The notes beneath the pieces are model-generated. The model searched no databases. It saw only the letters and a program-made list of their open reading frames with translations, and had not been told where the DNA came from. A program made the translations under genes and the position numbers. A stretch of DNA of 64,000 nt from Sulfolobales archaeon (GTDB lineage Archaea > Thermoproteota > Thermoprotei_A > Sulfolobales > AG1), in assembly GCA_038867615.1 (NCBI GenBank), contig JAWBYA010000004.1, positions 163,323 to 227,322 of the forward strand, written 5' to 3'. Shown here in pieces: positions 51,724 to 62,220 of this stretch. Position 1 is the stretch's first letter, and the number at the start of each line of letters is the position of its first letter.

Positions 51724-52488
51724 TTAGATCCCAAGCCTCCTCTTAATAAACCTGTTAAGCATCGAAATGAGAGCTACAAGCCTAACCCTCCTTTTGAGAC
51801 TTACAAAGAACCATCTATAGGGATCGAGCTTCTTTTTAGGAACAGGTGGTAGTATCTTCTCCATCGCCGCTGACCTCTCCTTCGACGCCACATAGACCCA
51901 CCTGGTTCCGCCTCCTATATATCTATCAAGCCCGACGCCATAGACCGCACGACCTCTAGCAGCCTCGCGTTTAGCCATATCAATTATAACGCCTATTGGT
52001 GCGAATGTAAAAACACTTGTCGGGCATACCTCGACACATGCTGGTTGCAAACCATGTTGTATTCTATCTACGCAGAATGTGCATTTATAATACTTACCAT
52101 CACTCCCTCTAGCAGGAACATCGAACGGGCATGCAGCTAGGCAGTTACCTATACCTAGACAGTCATCACTGTTGATCACAACGGCGCCCTCATTACTAAT
52201 AACAATGGCTGAGACAGGACATGCTAGAGCGCACGGCGGGTCCAGGCAATGCATGCATTGAAAGGGTAGTGGGAGTATCCCTCTAGCTTCGTGGAAGAAC
52301 ACTATCTTCCAATTGCTTGCGCTTAGTTTCGAAGGGCTTGTAAAAGATCCTGTGAAGGCGAGCTCCTCTGCTGGGAGACCGTTCCATTCTTTACACGCGA
52401 GTTGGCATGCTCTACACCCTATGCACTTATCTAGATCTACTAACACGCCATAGCCGTTATTAACCCTCTCTATCCCAGTGATCCTCAT
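51724..52488 (-). CDS. Formate dehydrogenase-type 4x[4Fe-4S] beta subunit
   Basis: [37 protein letters not shown] (one Cys replaced by Ile) and CTFC...CVEVCP. Confidence 0.9.
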   Translation of the reverse strand: MRITGIERVNNGYGVLVDLDKCIGCRACQLACKEWNGLPAEELAFTGSFTSPSKLSASNWKIVFFHEARGILPLPFQCMHCLDPPCALACPVSAIVISNEGAVVINSDDCLGIGNCLAACPFDVPARGSDGKYYKCTFCVDRIQHGLQPACVEVCPTSVFTFAPIGVIIDMAKREAARGRAVYGVGLDRYIGGGTRWVYVASKERSAAMEKILPPVPKKKLDPYRWFFVSLKRRVRLVALISMLNRFIKRRLGI

Positions 52489-55400
52489 ACTATAACCCTT
52501 CTCAGCTTACCCAACCATCCCTTACTCTCCTGTATAGACGTAACCACATCTATAGCGTCAGGGCTTAGTATATTGCCAACAGGTCCTTGGACTGCGCCAG
52601 CAAATCCAGAGAACCATGTGATACTAACTATAGGTATACAGCCTTCATCATAGCGCCAGCAGCTCTGCTGCCCAGTATCGACTACATAGGCCTTAAGCCT
52701 TATAGAACCTCTGATAGTTACTATCTCCACCAGGTCTCCTGGAGATACGCCTAGCCTCTCAGCAACATCCTTAGGGATCGTTATAAACGGTTCTGGGACG
52801 AGCTCCCTTAGTAATGGGAGATTCCTAGACATAGAGCCCGAGTGGAAATGCTCGGTAAGCCTATTGCTAGTTATTATCACTAGCTCGCCTTCTGTTGCAG
52901 CTAGCTCTGCTGGGATCGTTGATAGACCACCTACCCCTATTCCCAGATCTACTCTACCGAGCATCATGTCAAGGTTATACCTATTAATCCACGCTATAGA
53001 TGGGTATTTCACAGCAAACTCGGTGTGTGGAGACTCAGCAGGCTCTGCATGGATCGGCCATCTGAAATCATAGCCAACATACCAACCTCCATCCTCTTCA
53101 ATAATCCTGGCCACAGCCTCTCTATAACCCCCCATCTCTTTAGAATATCTGGATAGCCTCTCACGAATACCCATATATTTTTCTTTGAAATCGCGCCACC
53201 CATTGCCCGGGAAGAAAGGTCTCTTAAGACTTGCAGGCAGGCTAGCCGTCTCTCTATCCCAATACAGAGTATCGTTAGCCCAGAGGTAGACCGCCCCTGT
53301 GATCTTAGAGAACTCCTGGTAGCTAAGCACCCTTACCTCTTCCTTATCTTCTATTACGAAGACGCTCCTGATCTTTGGCTCCCCTGTTCTTATGAAGCCT
53401 ATTATATCGAGACCACCAAAGAGATCCGATATGCCGCTCAACCTCCTCTTAAAAGCCCTCGGCTCCCAGAAACTATGCCCTGGTATGAATGCAGGCCTAT
53501 ACTCGCCTGTATATTCATCTATCCACTCACCGGTCTCACCACATACAATCCACCTTCTCCCAGCTGCCTCTATATTTATACATCTCCCGATGCCTATTGA
53601 TAGCGAGTCATAGTTATACATGAACCTAACATTCTGGGGCCATGACCAGCCCCAGTTTTTATATACACCATAGATTCTGCTGAAGAGACCGTCGATCTCT
53701 TCCTCACTCCGCAAACCATTATCCCTAGACATAGATCTAAAGATATCCCTAACAGGATCATAGAGACCTTGATATAGAAGCATAGAGAAGTTGATCTCCT
53801 TGTTTATGATTCTCGGGTTCACCTGCTCCTCAAGCCCACCAACAGGTTTTGAGGATCCCGTTCCGCCGCTATATTCCCACGATGAGTGGGGCTCCACAGC
53901 CCTTCTATACACCTCTATATGGCTATTTCTTTTCCTAAAGATCACTGCCTCGTCCTTCACACCATAATGCTCGCTAGGCAGCCTAATTCCCTGCTTCTCT
54001 CTAAGTCTTCTATAGATATTCACTATGATCCAATAGTCAGGTCTCGAATCACCTATAGGATCTATAACCCTGTATGACCACTGAATAACCCTATTACCAT
54101 TAGTCCTGCTTCCCTCCTTCTCAGCGAAAGAGCATGCTGGTAAAAGTATATCGGCAAACCATGCCGTCTCGGTCTCGAAGAGATCGCTCACCACCAAAAG
54201 ATCCAAGGAGGAGAGGGCTGCCATAACCAGCCTAGAATTGGGATTAGTAACAACAGGGTTTTCACCGAATATCAGGGCTGCCTTTATATCGCCTCTGAGC
54301 GCTGCTCTCACAAAAGAAACCTCGGAGTAACCAAGCCCCATGGGGAAATCACAGACCACAGTACCATTAATAGGATCTTCAGGTGGTATTGTACCGCAAA
54401 ACACGCCCCATGTAAGCTCGAGCCTGCGCCAACCATAGAAGTTATATACTTGGAGCACCTTGTTAAGATCTGCTTGTCCTTTGCTAGGCCTGGATATAGA
54501 TCTAAAAGGATCTTTATCACAAGCCCATTCAGGAACCTCCCAGCTCCAGGCATCAGGCATCCCCTGGAGCTTCCAGTCTTGATAAACCCTTATAGATAGT
54601 GTATTTATGGGCGGCGACACATAGCCCGGAAGAGAGCCAATACCATTTCCTTGCACATCTGTTGCTCCTTGGACGTTGCTGTGTCCTCTGAATGGGTGTG
54701 TTCCTCCTCCTGGGAAGCCCACATTGCCTAGTAGTAGCTGGACTATAGCTGCAGCCCTGATAATATTGATGGTAGCGTTTGTGTGTTGTGTGAAGCCCAT
54801 GGCCCACTGTATGATTCCGTGCTTCCTATGGTTTGTAGCAACACCACTCCTCTCAACAAAGATCCTAGCAACACTCCTCAAAAGATCAACAGGAACGCCA
54901 GAGATCCTCGAAACCTCCTCAGCGTTATAATCCTTCAATAGATCCTTAAGATCCTCCAGATCATCATGATCTATGTTCCATCTACCCATAAGCCTTCTAA
55001 ACTCGTCAAGCTGATCTATAGGCGGGTCTCTATCGAAGAAGGCATAGTGGAGTATATAAAGAAGTATTGAGGCATCAGACCCAGGTCTGAAAGGAACCCA
55101 TATATCTGAAACCATCGCTGTTCTCGAGAACCTTGGGTCGAAACATATGAAAATAGCCCCTCTATCCTCCTTAGCCCTCATCAGATGCCTCATTGAGAGG
55201 GGATGAGCCTCTGCAGGATTTGAGAAGAATAGAACCACATCTGCTAGTGATAGATCCTCGAGACTCGCTGTCTCAGCACCCCAGCCATATGTCACCCCTA
55301 ACCCTGTTACTGTCGAGCTATGGCATTTCCTATACTGCGAATCTATGTTCGATGTACCTATATATACGGCTAGCTTGCTCACCAGATAAGCTTCCTCGTT

Positions 55401-55964
55401 CGTGAGTACAGAGGATCCAAGGATCTGGACGGGATTCTCTCTACCCACATAGAAATAGCCATCATTATGAACTGGCGCTCCAGCTCTTCTCCTCCACCCA
55501 TCCAGGATCTTTGAGAGCCTGTCAGCTATATATTCTAAAGCCTCATCCCATGTGATCGGTCTCCAGTTTGGAGGATACTTCTTTATAACAGCCAATAGAT
55601 CATCCCAGCTCTTAGCGCGAAGAATCTCTTCAATAGGCGGTTTAGGGCCTGTTCTCATCATCGGTCTCGAGATCCTGAGGTTGTTTTTGACAAGCTGGTA
55701 CGATGCCACACCCTTTGGACATAAAGCTCCCTGGTTTATATAGGAATCCTTAGATCCTGCTAACCATATAACTTTATCGCCATCTACGTAAAAATCCATA
55801 GAACATCCAACCGAGCAGTATGGACATATGGCCTTAACAATTCTAAGATCCTCCAAACCCCTTTTCCCACCGATCTCGCCCAGCTCCCATGTCGATTTAT
55901 AGATTGTCTTCAAAACAGTAACCAATTTATTCACTCTCAGGGTGATAAATACTCTAACACCCAT
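52485..55964 (-). CDS. Mo/W-bisPGD formate dehydrogenase alpha subunit (FdnG/FdhA-like, Cys ligand)
   Basis: CPYCSVGC...[29 protein letters not shown] and RLTEHFHSG motifs; no twin-arginine leader. Confidence 0.9.
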   Translation of the reverse strand: MGVRVFITLRVNKLVTVLKTIYKSTWELGEIGGKRGLEDLRIVKAICPYCSVGCSMDFYVDGDKVIWLAGSKDSYINQGALCPKGVASYQLVKNNLRISRPMMRTGPKPPIEEILRAKSWDDLLAVIKKYPPNWRPITWDEALEYIADRLSKILDGWRRRAGAPVHNDGYFYVGRENPVQILGSSVLTNEEAYLVSKLAVYIGTSNIDSQYRKCHSSTVTGLGVTYGWGAETASLEDLSLADVVLFFSNPAEAHPLSMRHLMRAKEDRGAIFICFDPRFSRTAMVSDIWVPFRPGSDASILLYILHYAFFDRDPPIDQLDEFRRLMGRWNIDHDDLEDLKDLLKDYNAEEVSRISGVPVDLLRSVARIFVERSGVATNHRKHGIIQWAMGFTQHTNATINIIRAAAIVQLLLGNVGFPGGGTHPFRGHSNVQGATDVQGNGIGSLPGYVSPPINTLSIRVYQDWKLQGMPDAWSWEVPEWACDKDPFRSISRPSKGQADLNKVLQVYNFYGWRRLELTWGVFCGTIPPEDPINGTVVCDFPMGLGYSEVSFVRAALRGDIKAALIFGENPVVTNPNSRLVMAALSSLDLLVVSDLFETETAWFADILLPACSFAEKEGSRTNGNRVIQWSYRVIDPIGDSRPDYWIIVNIYRRLREKQGIRLPSEHYGVKDEAVIFRKRNSHIEVYRRAVEPHSSWEYSGGTGSSKPVGGLEEQVNPRIINKEINFSMLLYQGLYDPVRDIFRSMSRDNGLRSEEEIDGLFSRIYGVYKNWGWSWPQNVRFMYNYDSLSIGIGRCINIEAAGRRWIVCGETGEWIDEYTGEYRPAFIPGHSFWEPRAFKRRLSGISDLFGGLDIIGFIRTGEPKIRSVFVIEDKEEVRVLSYQEFSKITGAVYLWANDTLYWDRETASLPASLKRPFFPGNGWRDFKEKYMGIRERLSRYSKEMGGYREAVARIIEEDGGWYVGYDFRWPIHAEPAESPHTEFAVKYPSIAWINRYNLDMMLGRVDLGIGVGGLSTIPAELAATEGELVIITSNRLTEHFHSGSMSRNLPLLRELVPEPFITIPKDVAERLGVSPGDLVEIVTIRGSIRLKAYVVDTGQQSCWRYDEGCIPIVSITWFSGFAGAVQGPVGNILSPDAIDVVTSIQESKGWLGKLRRVIV

Positions 55965-56121
55965 ACCGATGAACCGTTTCTACTGCTAGGAAGCAAGGAT
56001 ATATTGTGATTACACTAAGTTTAGAGAAAGCCTGTGCAAAACGTCTGAATGGCATTGGGCTATTGATATCAACAACATATCTTCGACTCATAGGCTATTG
56101 CTAAAAGCATTATTATAGCTA

Positions 56122-56949
56122 TTAACACCTGTCCGTCAGATCTTTGAGAGTTCTCATTATAGCTATCCCTGCTGCACCCAGCCTTTCAAGATCAGTGGTC
56201 TTTGATATAATGTCTTCTCCTGTCAACCCTGTGAGAACCAGAATCCCCCTCACCCCCGCATCTATGGCTAGTTTCATATCAGTGTCTACCCTATCCCCTA
56301 TAATGATCAAGTTTTGCCTTGGTATACCGTGCCTCTTTTCAACCAGATCTATGATCCATGGATTGGGTTTTCCAGCAACAAAGTCAGGATTTCTCCCTGT
56401 TGTCGCCTCCAGCGCTGCAATAATTGCTCCAGCGCCTGGGTCTAGTCCGTCTTCTACGGGGATCACGTGATCCGTGTTTGTAGCTATGAAGAGCGAGCCG
56501 TTGAGAAGTGCTCTTGCAGCTGCCCTCAACTTATGGTAGGTGAGGTTTCTGTCAAGCCCTACTAAGACTGCTGTTGATCTAACAGCCTCTTCTCCTGTCA
56601 AAACTCTGTGGTGAGCTAGAACCGCTTCCTCGATAAGCCCTTCCTCACCAACTATATAGACTTCAGATGCTCCTTTCTGTTCATAGAGCCATGACGCTGC
56701 TAGGTAGCCGCTTGTGATCATACTATCGATCCCAACGATTATTCCGAGATCTCTTAGCATCCTCACATACTGGGCTCTACTCCTTGTTGAGTTGTTTGTT
56801 AGGAATAAGACCCTGTAACCCCTAGAGATCAGCGATCTAAGTGCGGTAATATTCTCTTCTATGGGCTTTCTTCCAATCCATACAACACCGTCTAGATCCA
56901 CGATCAGTGTCTGCCCTCTATCCAAGCAAACTCTCTCCATAGATTTCAC
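56122..56949 (-). CDS. HAD-IIA (NagD-like) phosphatase
   Basis: DLDGV, LTNNS, ATNTD, GKP and GDRVDTD motifs. Confidence 0.93.
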   Translation of the reverse strand: MKSMERVCLDRGQTLIVDLDGVVWIGRKPIEENITALRSLISRGYRVLFLTNNSTRSRAQYVRMLRDLGIIVGIDSMITSGYLAASWLYEQKGASEVYIVGEEGLIEEAVLAHHRVLTGEEAVRSTAVLVGLDRNLTYHKLRAAARALLNGSLFIATNTDHVIPVEDGLDPGAGAIIAALEATTGRNPDFVAGKPNPWIIDLVEKRHGIPRQNLIIIGDRVDTDMKLAIDAGVRGILVLTGLTGEDIISKTTDLERLGAAGIAIMRTLKDLTDRC

Positions 56950-57010
56950 ATGACTCTATTACCTGGTTAACTGATATAGAATAGCTTATATCCCTCTGGG
57001 GCACTATCTC

Positions 57011-57997
57011 TTGGTATTTATATTGGATAATGCTGCCCAGGTGCTTCTGGTAGCTGTAGTGGTGTACTTAGCTACTATAGCCCTAACCATCCTGACCCTG
57101 AGGATCGGTACTAGGCTTGGGATTGTTGGAAGGGATGTTCATAAAAGTTGGAACAGCTATGCAGTGAGGATAGGAGGCCTATCCCTCATAATAGCCCCTC
57201 TCATAGTCCTTATCATAAAACCATCTATAGCCACGTTAGCATTACTACTCGTATCGATCTCATCAATGGTTATTGGTCTAATAGACGATCTTAGAACACT
57301 CCCAGCTGTTAGGAAAGTCCTCCTATCAATAACCCCAGGAGTAATCCATATGATCGTAGGATTATACGAGCCAAGGCTCTTCATACCCTTTCTAGGCGAT
57401 ATAGGCGCAAGGATCCTCTATATATTCCTAATACCCTTAGCATATGCCGTGGCTCTAAACGCTGCTAATATGATGGATACCCATAATGGCTTGCTAGCCG
57501 GCTCTATATTGGTATCGCTTGCTGTTCTCTCTCCACTGTTGATCCTGAGATCCCCGGATCATGAGGCGATGTTCTTCATAATATTGGCGATCGAGGCATC
57601 TATAGCAGCCTTCCTTATTCTCAACACATATCCTGCCAGGGTTTTTGTTGGCAATGCAGGATCATTTATAATAGGCTCCTGGATCGCGTTCATAGGAATA
57701 TATGGTAGATCTGAATTTCTAGTGGTGATGGCCCTTTTCCCCATGGTTATAAACGGCTTCTCGATAATAACAAGCATAGGTGGCCTTAAAGAAAAAAGCC
57801 TTATAAAAACAAGACCTGTTAGTGTTGAGAATGGGATCATAAGGGCTAACCCAGATCCCAGGGCCCCAATAACTATAGCACATATAGCATCATCATCGAG
57901 ACCCGGGGTTAGAGAAACCGAGCTTGTCATAGGCGCCTGGATCCTATTCTACATAGCATCAATAATAGCATCAATACTCTTCTCCATAGCATCATAA
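57011..57997 (+). CDS. aglH: UDP-GlcNAc:dolichyl-phosphate GlcNAc-1-P transferase (GPT/MraY family)
   Basis: GRDVHK, GLIDD, NAANMMDTHNGL and NTYPARVFVGNAGS motifs; multi-TM. Confidence 0.82.
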   Translation: MVFILDNAAQVLLVAVVVYLATIALTILTLRIGTRLGIVGRDVHKSWNSYAVRIGGLSLIIAPLIVLIIKPSIATLALLLVSISSMVIGLIDDLRTLPAVRKVLLSITPGVIHMIVGLYEPRLFIPFLGDIGARILYIFLIPLAYAVALNAANMMDTHNGLLAGSILVSLAVLSPLLILRSPDHEAMFFIILAIEASIAAFLILNTYPARVFVGNAGSFIIGSWIAFIGIYGRSEFLVVMALFPMVINGFSIITSIGGLKEKSLIKTRPVSVENGIIRANPDPRAPITIAHIASSSRPGVRETELVIGAWILFYIASIIASILFSIAS

Positions 57998-58095
57998 CAA
58001 CATAGATAGAATCATATGTTTGGCTTTATAGCAGTTAGTATTGTAATGTCGTCTGATTAGATACCCTATCCTTAGCTTCACAGAGCCCCCAAGAC

Positions 58096-58325
58096 CCGTT
58101 TGTCTTTGGATGTTGGTTCCACCGCTTTATTTTTATTAATGGTTCTATCAGGGGGCTTCTACATCGCCCACAGGGTCAGAGATCCTGTGTGATCGTGTGC
58201 GGCTGTTGAGCCAAATGGTGCGTGGTTCCTTATCTCAAAGCGTATAGATACCCTGGGTATTAATGGGGAGGCGGTCTTTAGGCATGCCACCCTCAATACT
58301 ATCAACCTCGTGTCCCTATTATATG
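58096..58325 (-). mobile_element. tnpB 3'-end/omega-RNA-like remnant, copy G
   Basis: Minus strand TATAATAGGGACAC (YNRD-like)...GGAACCACGCACCATTTGGCTCAACAGCCGCACACGATC-ACAGG..CCTGT...CATCCAAAGACAAACGG. Confidence 0.7.
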
Positions 58326-58377
58326 CGGTTAATACTCCCTGGCCAAATTAATTTAGGAGCCGAAAAAGTAAGAGCTC

Positions 58378-59562
58378 TTGGAGGTAATGCTGTTGGCTAT
58401 AGCTAGCTGGGATAAGATAAAGTCTGGGTGGGTAACTGATATTTATTTTAAAAGAAGCCTGAAGATCTTGAAGGAGAAGGGCCTTGATAAAACAATGGTC
58501 AGGATCGAGGCTCACGTGTATGGTCTCCCGCGGGGGTGGGGTTGGGCTGTTTTTGCTGGTCTTGAGGATGCTCTGAGGCTCTTTGAAGATCGCATGGTGA
58601 ATATATATTCTGTACCCGAAGGGACTATCTTTAGATCCACTGAACCTATATTGGTTGTTGAGGGGCCTGTTGGCGAGATACTGGATCTGGAGACCGCTTT
58701 CCTAGGGATTTTAAGACATGCTTCATCAATAGCCACTAAGGCTGCCAGGATCAAGAAGCTGGCTGGTGATAGAACCGTGGTTTTCTTCGGTTTGAGAGCG
58801 GCTCATCCCGCTATAGGACCTATGCTTGATAGATCAGCATTTATAGGTGGGTGTGATGCTGTCTCAGGAGCTTATAGTGAGGAGCTCCTCGGTGTGAAGC
58901 CTATTGGAACAATGCCCCATGCCCTGATAATAGTGTTTGGGGATCAGGTTAAGGCGTGGTCTGCTTTCGACGAGCTGGTGGAGCAGGATGTCCCGAGGAT
59001 CATGCTTGTAGATACTTTCTATGATGAGAGGGTTGAGAGCCTTATGGCGGCCCAGCTTCTTGGGGAGAGATTATATGGTGTTAGGCTCGATACTCCTAGC
59101 TCTAGGAGAGGTAACATGAGGATGATTGTTAAAGAGGTTAGATGGATACTAGATCTTAATGGCTATAAGCACGTGAAGATCTTCGTGAGCGGTGGGATCG
59201 ATGAGGAGGAGATTATTAAGCTCAAAGATATTGTTAATGGGTTCGGCGTGGGAACATCAATAGCCTTTCCACCAAGCATAGATATTAGCATGGATATAGT
59301 GGAGGTTATGAGGGACGGTAAATGGATCCCGATATCAAAGAGGGGAAAGCTTCCCGGGTTTAAACAGCTCTATAGATGCCAAAATGATCTCGAGGATCAT
59401 GTGCTCCCCTGGGGTTCTGAGGCTCCGGCGTGTAAGGATGGTTCTAAGGCTAAACCTATGCTTGAGCAGTATATGGTTAACGGAGAGATCGTTAGAGATC
59501 TTCCAAGTCCGAGAGAGATAAGGAAATATGTTTTAGAGCAATTAGAGAAGGTGGAGATCTAG
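58378..59562 (+). CDS. pncB: Nicotinate phosphoribosyltransferase
   Basis: TDIYF, FGLR, GTMPH, LVDTF, VRLDT, SGG and FGVGT motifs. Confidence 0.93.
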   Translation: MEVMLLAIASWDKIKSGWVTDIYFKRSLKILKEKGLDKTMVRIEAHVYGLPRGWGWAVFAGLEDALRLFEDRMVNIYSVPEGTIFRSTEPILVVEGPVGEILDLETAFLGILRHASSIATKAARIKKLAGDRTVVFFGLRAAHPAIGPMLDRSAFIGGCDAVSGAYSEELLGVKPIGTMPHALIIVFGDQVKAWSAFDELVEQDVPRIMLVDTFYDERVESLMAAQLLGERLYGVRLDTPSSRRGNMRMIVKEVRWILDLNGYKHVKIFVSGGIDEEEIIKLKDIVNGFGVGTSIAFPPSIDISMDIVEVMRDGKWIPISKRGKLPGFKQLYRCQNDLEDHVLPWGSEAPACKDGSKAKPMLEQYMVNGEIVRDLPSPREIRKYVLEQLEKVEI

Positions 59563-60362
59563 ATATATACTCTGGACCCTTTCCACTTCTTTTCAATAGC
59601 ACCTCTTATAAGTTCTAGTACATAGTTTACCTTCCTAACATTGAGCAGTGTTATGATTATCTCGTAAACGGAGTACTCATCCCGAGATCCCTTTCTAAGA
59701 ACTAAGGGATCCTCGACTAGTTCGGGTCTCACAACCTCAAGCTCCTTCTTTATAGCATCTATGACGTCCATGCTATCCTGGGCTATTGGTATCTCTATCT
59801 TGACCCTGTATTGTGTTCCATACGGGCTTGTCTTGTTTATTATTGGTGAGCTTGCTAGATATGTGTTTGGTACATAGATCTTCTCCCTCATCGGTGTCTC
59901 TATAATAACTCCCCTGGAATCCATATGTATCACTGTTCCCTCCCTTCCCATGATCTCAACGTGGTCTCCTATTTTCAGCGATGTAAAGCTCCTCACATAG
60001 ACCTCAGATCCCCAGTTTCTCAGCATATCGCTGAATGCTATTATAACCCCTATCCCTAGGACGAGGATCAGTGCTGAGAACACACCAGGCTCCGGGGCTA
60101 TAATAGCTAGGGCTACTAGCGAGCCTACCGCGTAGACTAGATATCTTATGATTGTTACAAAGCTATATACGAATCTGGTTTGCCCTACTATGGGTACTAT
60201 TCTCGGTATGTATCCAACTACGTATCTAGCAACAATATATGTTGCTAGCAATACTATAGCGGCCTGTGCTATTCTTATGAGGAGTAGTGATGGTGATATG
60301 AGTATTTGGTCTGGGATTTGCTGGAGCCCTAATGTCTCTAGTATATATTTCCAAGGTGTCAT
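59559..60362 (-). CDS. MscS-family mechanosensitive channel
   Basis: Three TM helices, then [15 protein letters not shown]...IYVPN. Confidence 0.88.
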   Translation of the reverse strand: MTPWKYILETLGLQQIPDQILISPSLLLIRIAQAAIVLLATYIVARYVVGYIPRIVPIVGQTRFVYSFVTIIRYLVYAVGSLVALAIIAPEPGVFSALILVLGIGVIIAFSDMLRNWGSEVYVRSFTSLKIGDHVEIMGREGTVIHMDSRGVIIETPMREKIYVPNTYLASSPIINKTSPYGTQYRVKIEIPIAQDSMDVIDAIKKELEVVRPELVEDPLVLRKGSRDEYSVYEIIITLLNVRKVNYVLELIRGAIEKKWKGSRVYI

Positions 60363-61084
60363 GGGTATACACTCCTCCTGCTCTCCATTTCAGCCCTAAT
60401 CCTTTGGATCCTTGCTATAAGGCTTCTTATCTTTTCAACAGCTGCCTCGCCCATACCCCTTGGTGCGACGATAACTATCACGTCGCCTTCTCTCAGCTCG
60501 TATGAGGGATCTCTTATCAGCGAGCCTGTTTTTGTTAACCCTATAGCGTATGCCTCGTATCCCCTCAACTCCTCTCTTATCTGTGAGAGGGTTATTCCTA
60601 GTATTGATGACTTGACAACCCTGTAGAGGTAAAGATCTATTCCGAAGAACTCTGGTGTTGTTGCTTTAACCCACTTGTCTGTGGATATTATAGCCTTTAT
60701 ATGCGACTGTAGAGGTGATGATGGGCTTATAACATAGTCAGAGCCCCTCGTCATGGCCTCGTCCTGGTTTAGTGGGTTGTTAACTAGGGTTATTACTATT
60801 GGGATCCCGTATGTCTTCTTAGCTATCTCGGCTACCTTTATATTCAGTGCGTCTGAATCGCTTGCCGCTATGATCACGTCGGCTTTATCCATCTCCGCAG
60901 CCTCATGGATCCTTGGGTCTGTTGGGTCTCCGACGACTACCTTTCCTCCTACGCTTGCTGCGAGCCTCTCCGCAGCCTCGGTAGAACTGTCTATCACTAT
61001 CACGAGCCCTGCGGGATCTGCTTCCCTTACTGCTAGTATAGCTAGCTGTGCATAGTGGGATGAGCCGATTATTATGTGTCTCAA
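60359..61084 (-). CDS. TrkA/RCK domain protein
   Basis: GDPTD...A...ADVIIAA.DSDALN RCK-N plus TrkA-C (LREGD); glycine-rich loop degenerate (GSSHYA). Confidence 0.85.
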   Translation of the reverse strand: MRHIIIGSSHYAQLAILAVREADPAGLVIVIDSSTEAAERLAASVGGKVVVGDPTDPRIHEAAEMDKADVIIAASDSDALNIKVAEIAKKTYGIPIVITLVNNPLNQDEAMTRGSDYVISPSSPLQSHIKAIISTDKWVKATTPEFFGIDLYLYRVVKSSILGITLSQIREELRGYEAYAIGLTKTGSLIRDPSYELREGDVIVIVAPRGMGEAAVEKIRSLIARIQRIRAEMESRRSVYP

Positions 61085-61839
61085 GCAGCCGCACCCGCCT
61101 CTTCTTTTAGTATTTTATTTGCTTCTTCCACTCCTATCTTTCCGTCTTCTCTTGCCCTCTTAAGTATTGCCTCCATGATCTCTACTATCTGCTCTCTATA
61201 AACCCTATGGGGTGGTTGTTTTTTGCTTGATTTTTCCTTGAGATCTAGATCCACCTCTAGGATCCTGAACCCAGCTCTGTGGGCGTCGAGGAGTAGTGCT
61301 ATATCGGCCCCCCATCCAGGCTCCCATGATATGTTTGTTAGAACTTTTCTCTTACATGCTGTATATGGGCTGAGGGGGTGTTTCATAGAAGCTAATCCTG
61401 GGTATAGTTTCTCTATATATCTCTTTACCCTCTCCTCTATCTCTAAAAATCTTCTTGAGAGTCCTGCTTTAACGATGTCTGCGGCTCCGTCTAGTATTGG
61501 TCTATAGAGCTCCCTTATATTGTTGGGATCGGCTTTTTCCGTATCTGAATCTAGATATACTATCAAATCGCCTTCTGAGAAGTAGTAGCCATCCCTCATT
61601 GCTATCCCCTTACCTGGGTATCTCAATATGCTCTGATATATAACCTTTATATCCCTCCCTCTCGCTATGTGTTTCGCCTTACCGCCTATGGTTCCGTCGA
61701 TAACTATGATCTCTATATCCTCCTTCTTTATCCTCCTAGCAGCCTTTAGCACTGCTCCTAGCTTTCCAACATCTCCTATCACTGGCACTATTATTGATAC
61801 AAGCACTCTATGGCCCCTATAAAGTATTGTGTGGGGCAA
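61081..61839 (-). CDS. GT2/GT81 glycosyltransferase, GpgS/MpgS-like
   Basis: VIDG, PGKGIAM, YLDSD, ADIVKA, HPLS and WGAD motifs. Confidence 0.78.
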   Translation of the reverse strand: MPHTILYRGHRVLVSIIVPVIGDVGKLGAVLKAARRIKKEDIEIIVIDGTIGGKAKHIARGRDIKVIYQSILRYPGKGIAMRDGYYFSEGDLIVYLDSDTEKADPNNIRELYRPILDGAADIVKAGLSRRFLEIEERVKRYIEKLYPGLASMKHPLSPYTACKRKVLTNISWEPGWGADIALLLDAHRAGFRILEVDLDLKEKSSKKQPPHRVYREQIVEIMEAILKRAREDGKIGVEEANKILKEEAGAAA

Positions 61840-61846
61840 TAAGAGC

Positions 61847-61893
61847 TCAGCCTATAAGATCGATCATCGATCACTTGATCCGCTGCTCAGCAC
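61847..61893 (-). ncRNA. Possible second, degenerate box C/D sRNA in tandem
   Basis: GTGCTGA-GCAGCGGATCAA-GTGA-TCGA-TGATCG-ATCTTATAGG-CTGA has the right spacing but three non-consensus boxes. Confidence 0.3.
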
Positions 61894-61894
61894 C

Positions 61895-61957
61895 GGGCCC
61901 CTAAGGGCTACAGTGGCTCCTCACTAATCAGACCGCCCGTCGGCCACATCGGGGCCC
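61895..61957 (-). ncRNA. Atypical box C/D sRNA with 7-bp terminal stem; D' guide predicted for 16S Cm1402 (E. coli numbering)
   Basis: GGGCCCC-GATGTG-GCCGACGGGCGGT-CTGA-TTAG-TGAGGA-GCCACTGTAGCC-CTTA-GGGGCCC. GACGGGCGGT is the complement of universal 16S ACCGCCCGUC. TATAAG lies about 25 nt upstream. Confidence 0.8.
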
Positions 61958-61997
61958 AATATATAATGGCGACCAGAACTTATATCCAGGATATGCT

Positions 61998-62162
61998 ATG
62001 CCTGGATGGAGGCTTAGGTGTAGATCCTGTGGAAAGATATGGATATTCGAGGCTAGCTATAGGATCTCTGATTTTGCATCGCTCTATCACTACTGCAGGT
62101 TCTGTAAGAAAAACACATACCACGACATATTAGGAAAGATTGAAGAGCAGACAACCCAGTAG
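61998..62162 (+). CDS. 54-aa zinc-ribbon protein (not in ORF track)
   Basis: MPGWRLRCRSCGKIWIFEASYRISDFASLYHYCRFCKKNTYHDILGKIEEQTTQ* with two CxxC pairs. Confidence 0.8.
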   Translation: MPGWRLRCRSCGKIWIFEASYRISDFASLYHYCRFCKKNTYHDILGKIEEQTTQ

Positions 62163-62220
62163 CCCGGCTCTCCACCGTCGACTTCTCTCTATGGCTAAGC
62201 ATAGCCTGATCTAGAGGAAC

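Noticed and set aside
55300-55345. Selenocysteine recoding in FDH alpha
   Set aside because: The active-site codon is TGC (Cys) and there is no in-frame TGA.
55954-56091. Short minus-strand ORF MSRRYVV... as a frameshifted Tat leader for FDH
   Set aside because: No FLK consensus or proper hydrophobic core.
2111-61507. Many 60-190 aa antisense ORFs inside long genes
   Set aside because: Ser/Ile/Leu/Pro-rich shadow frames of real genes with no motifs.
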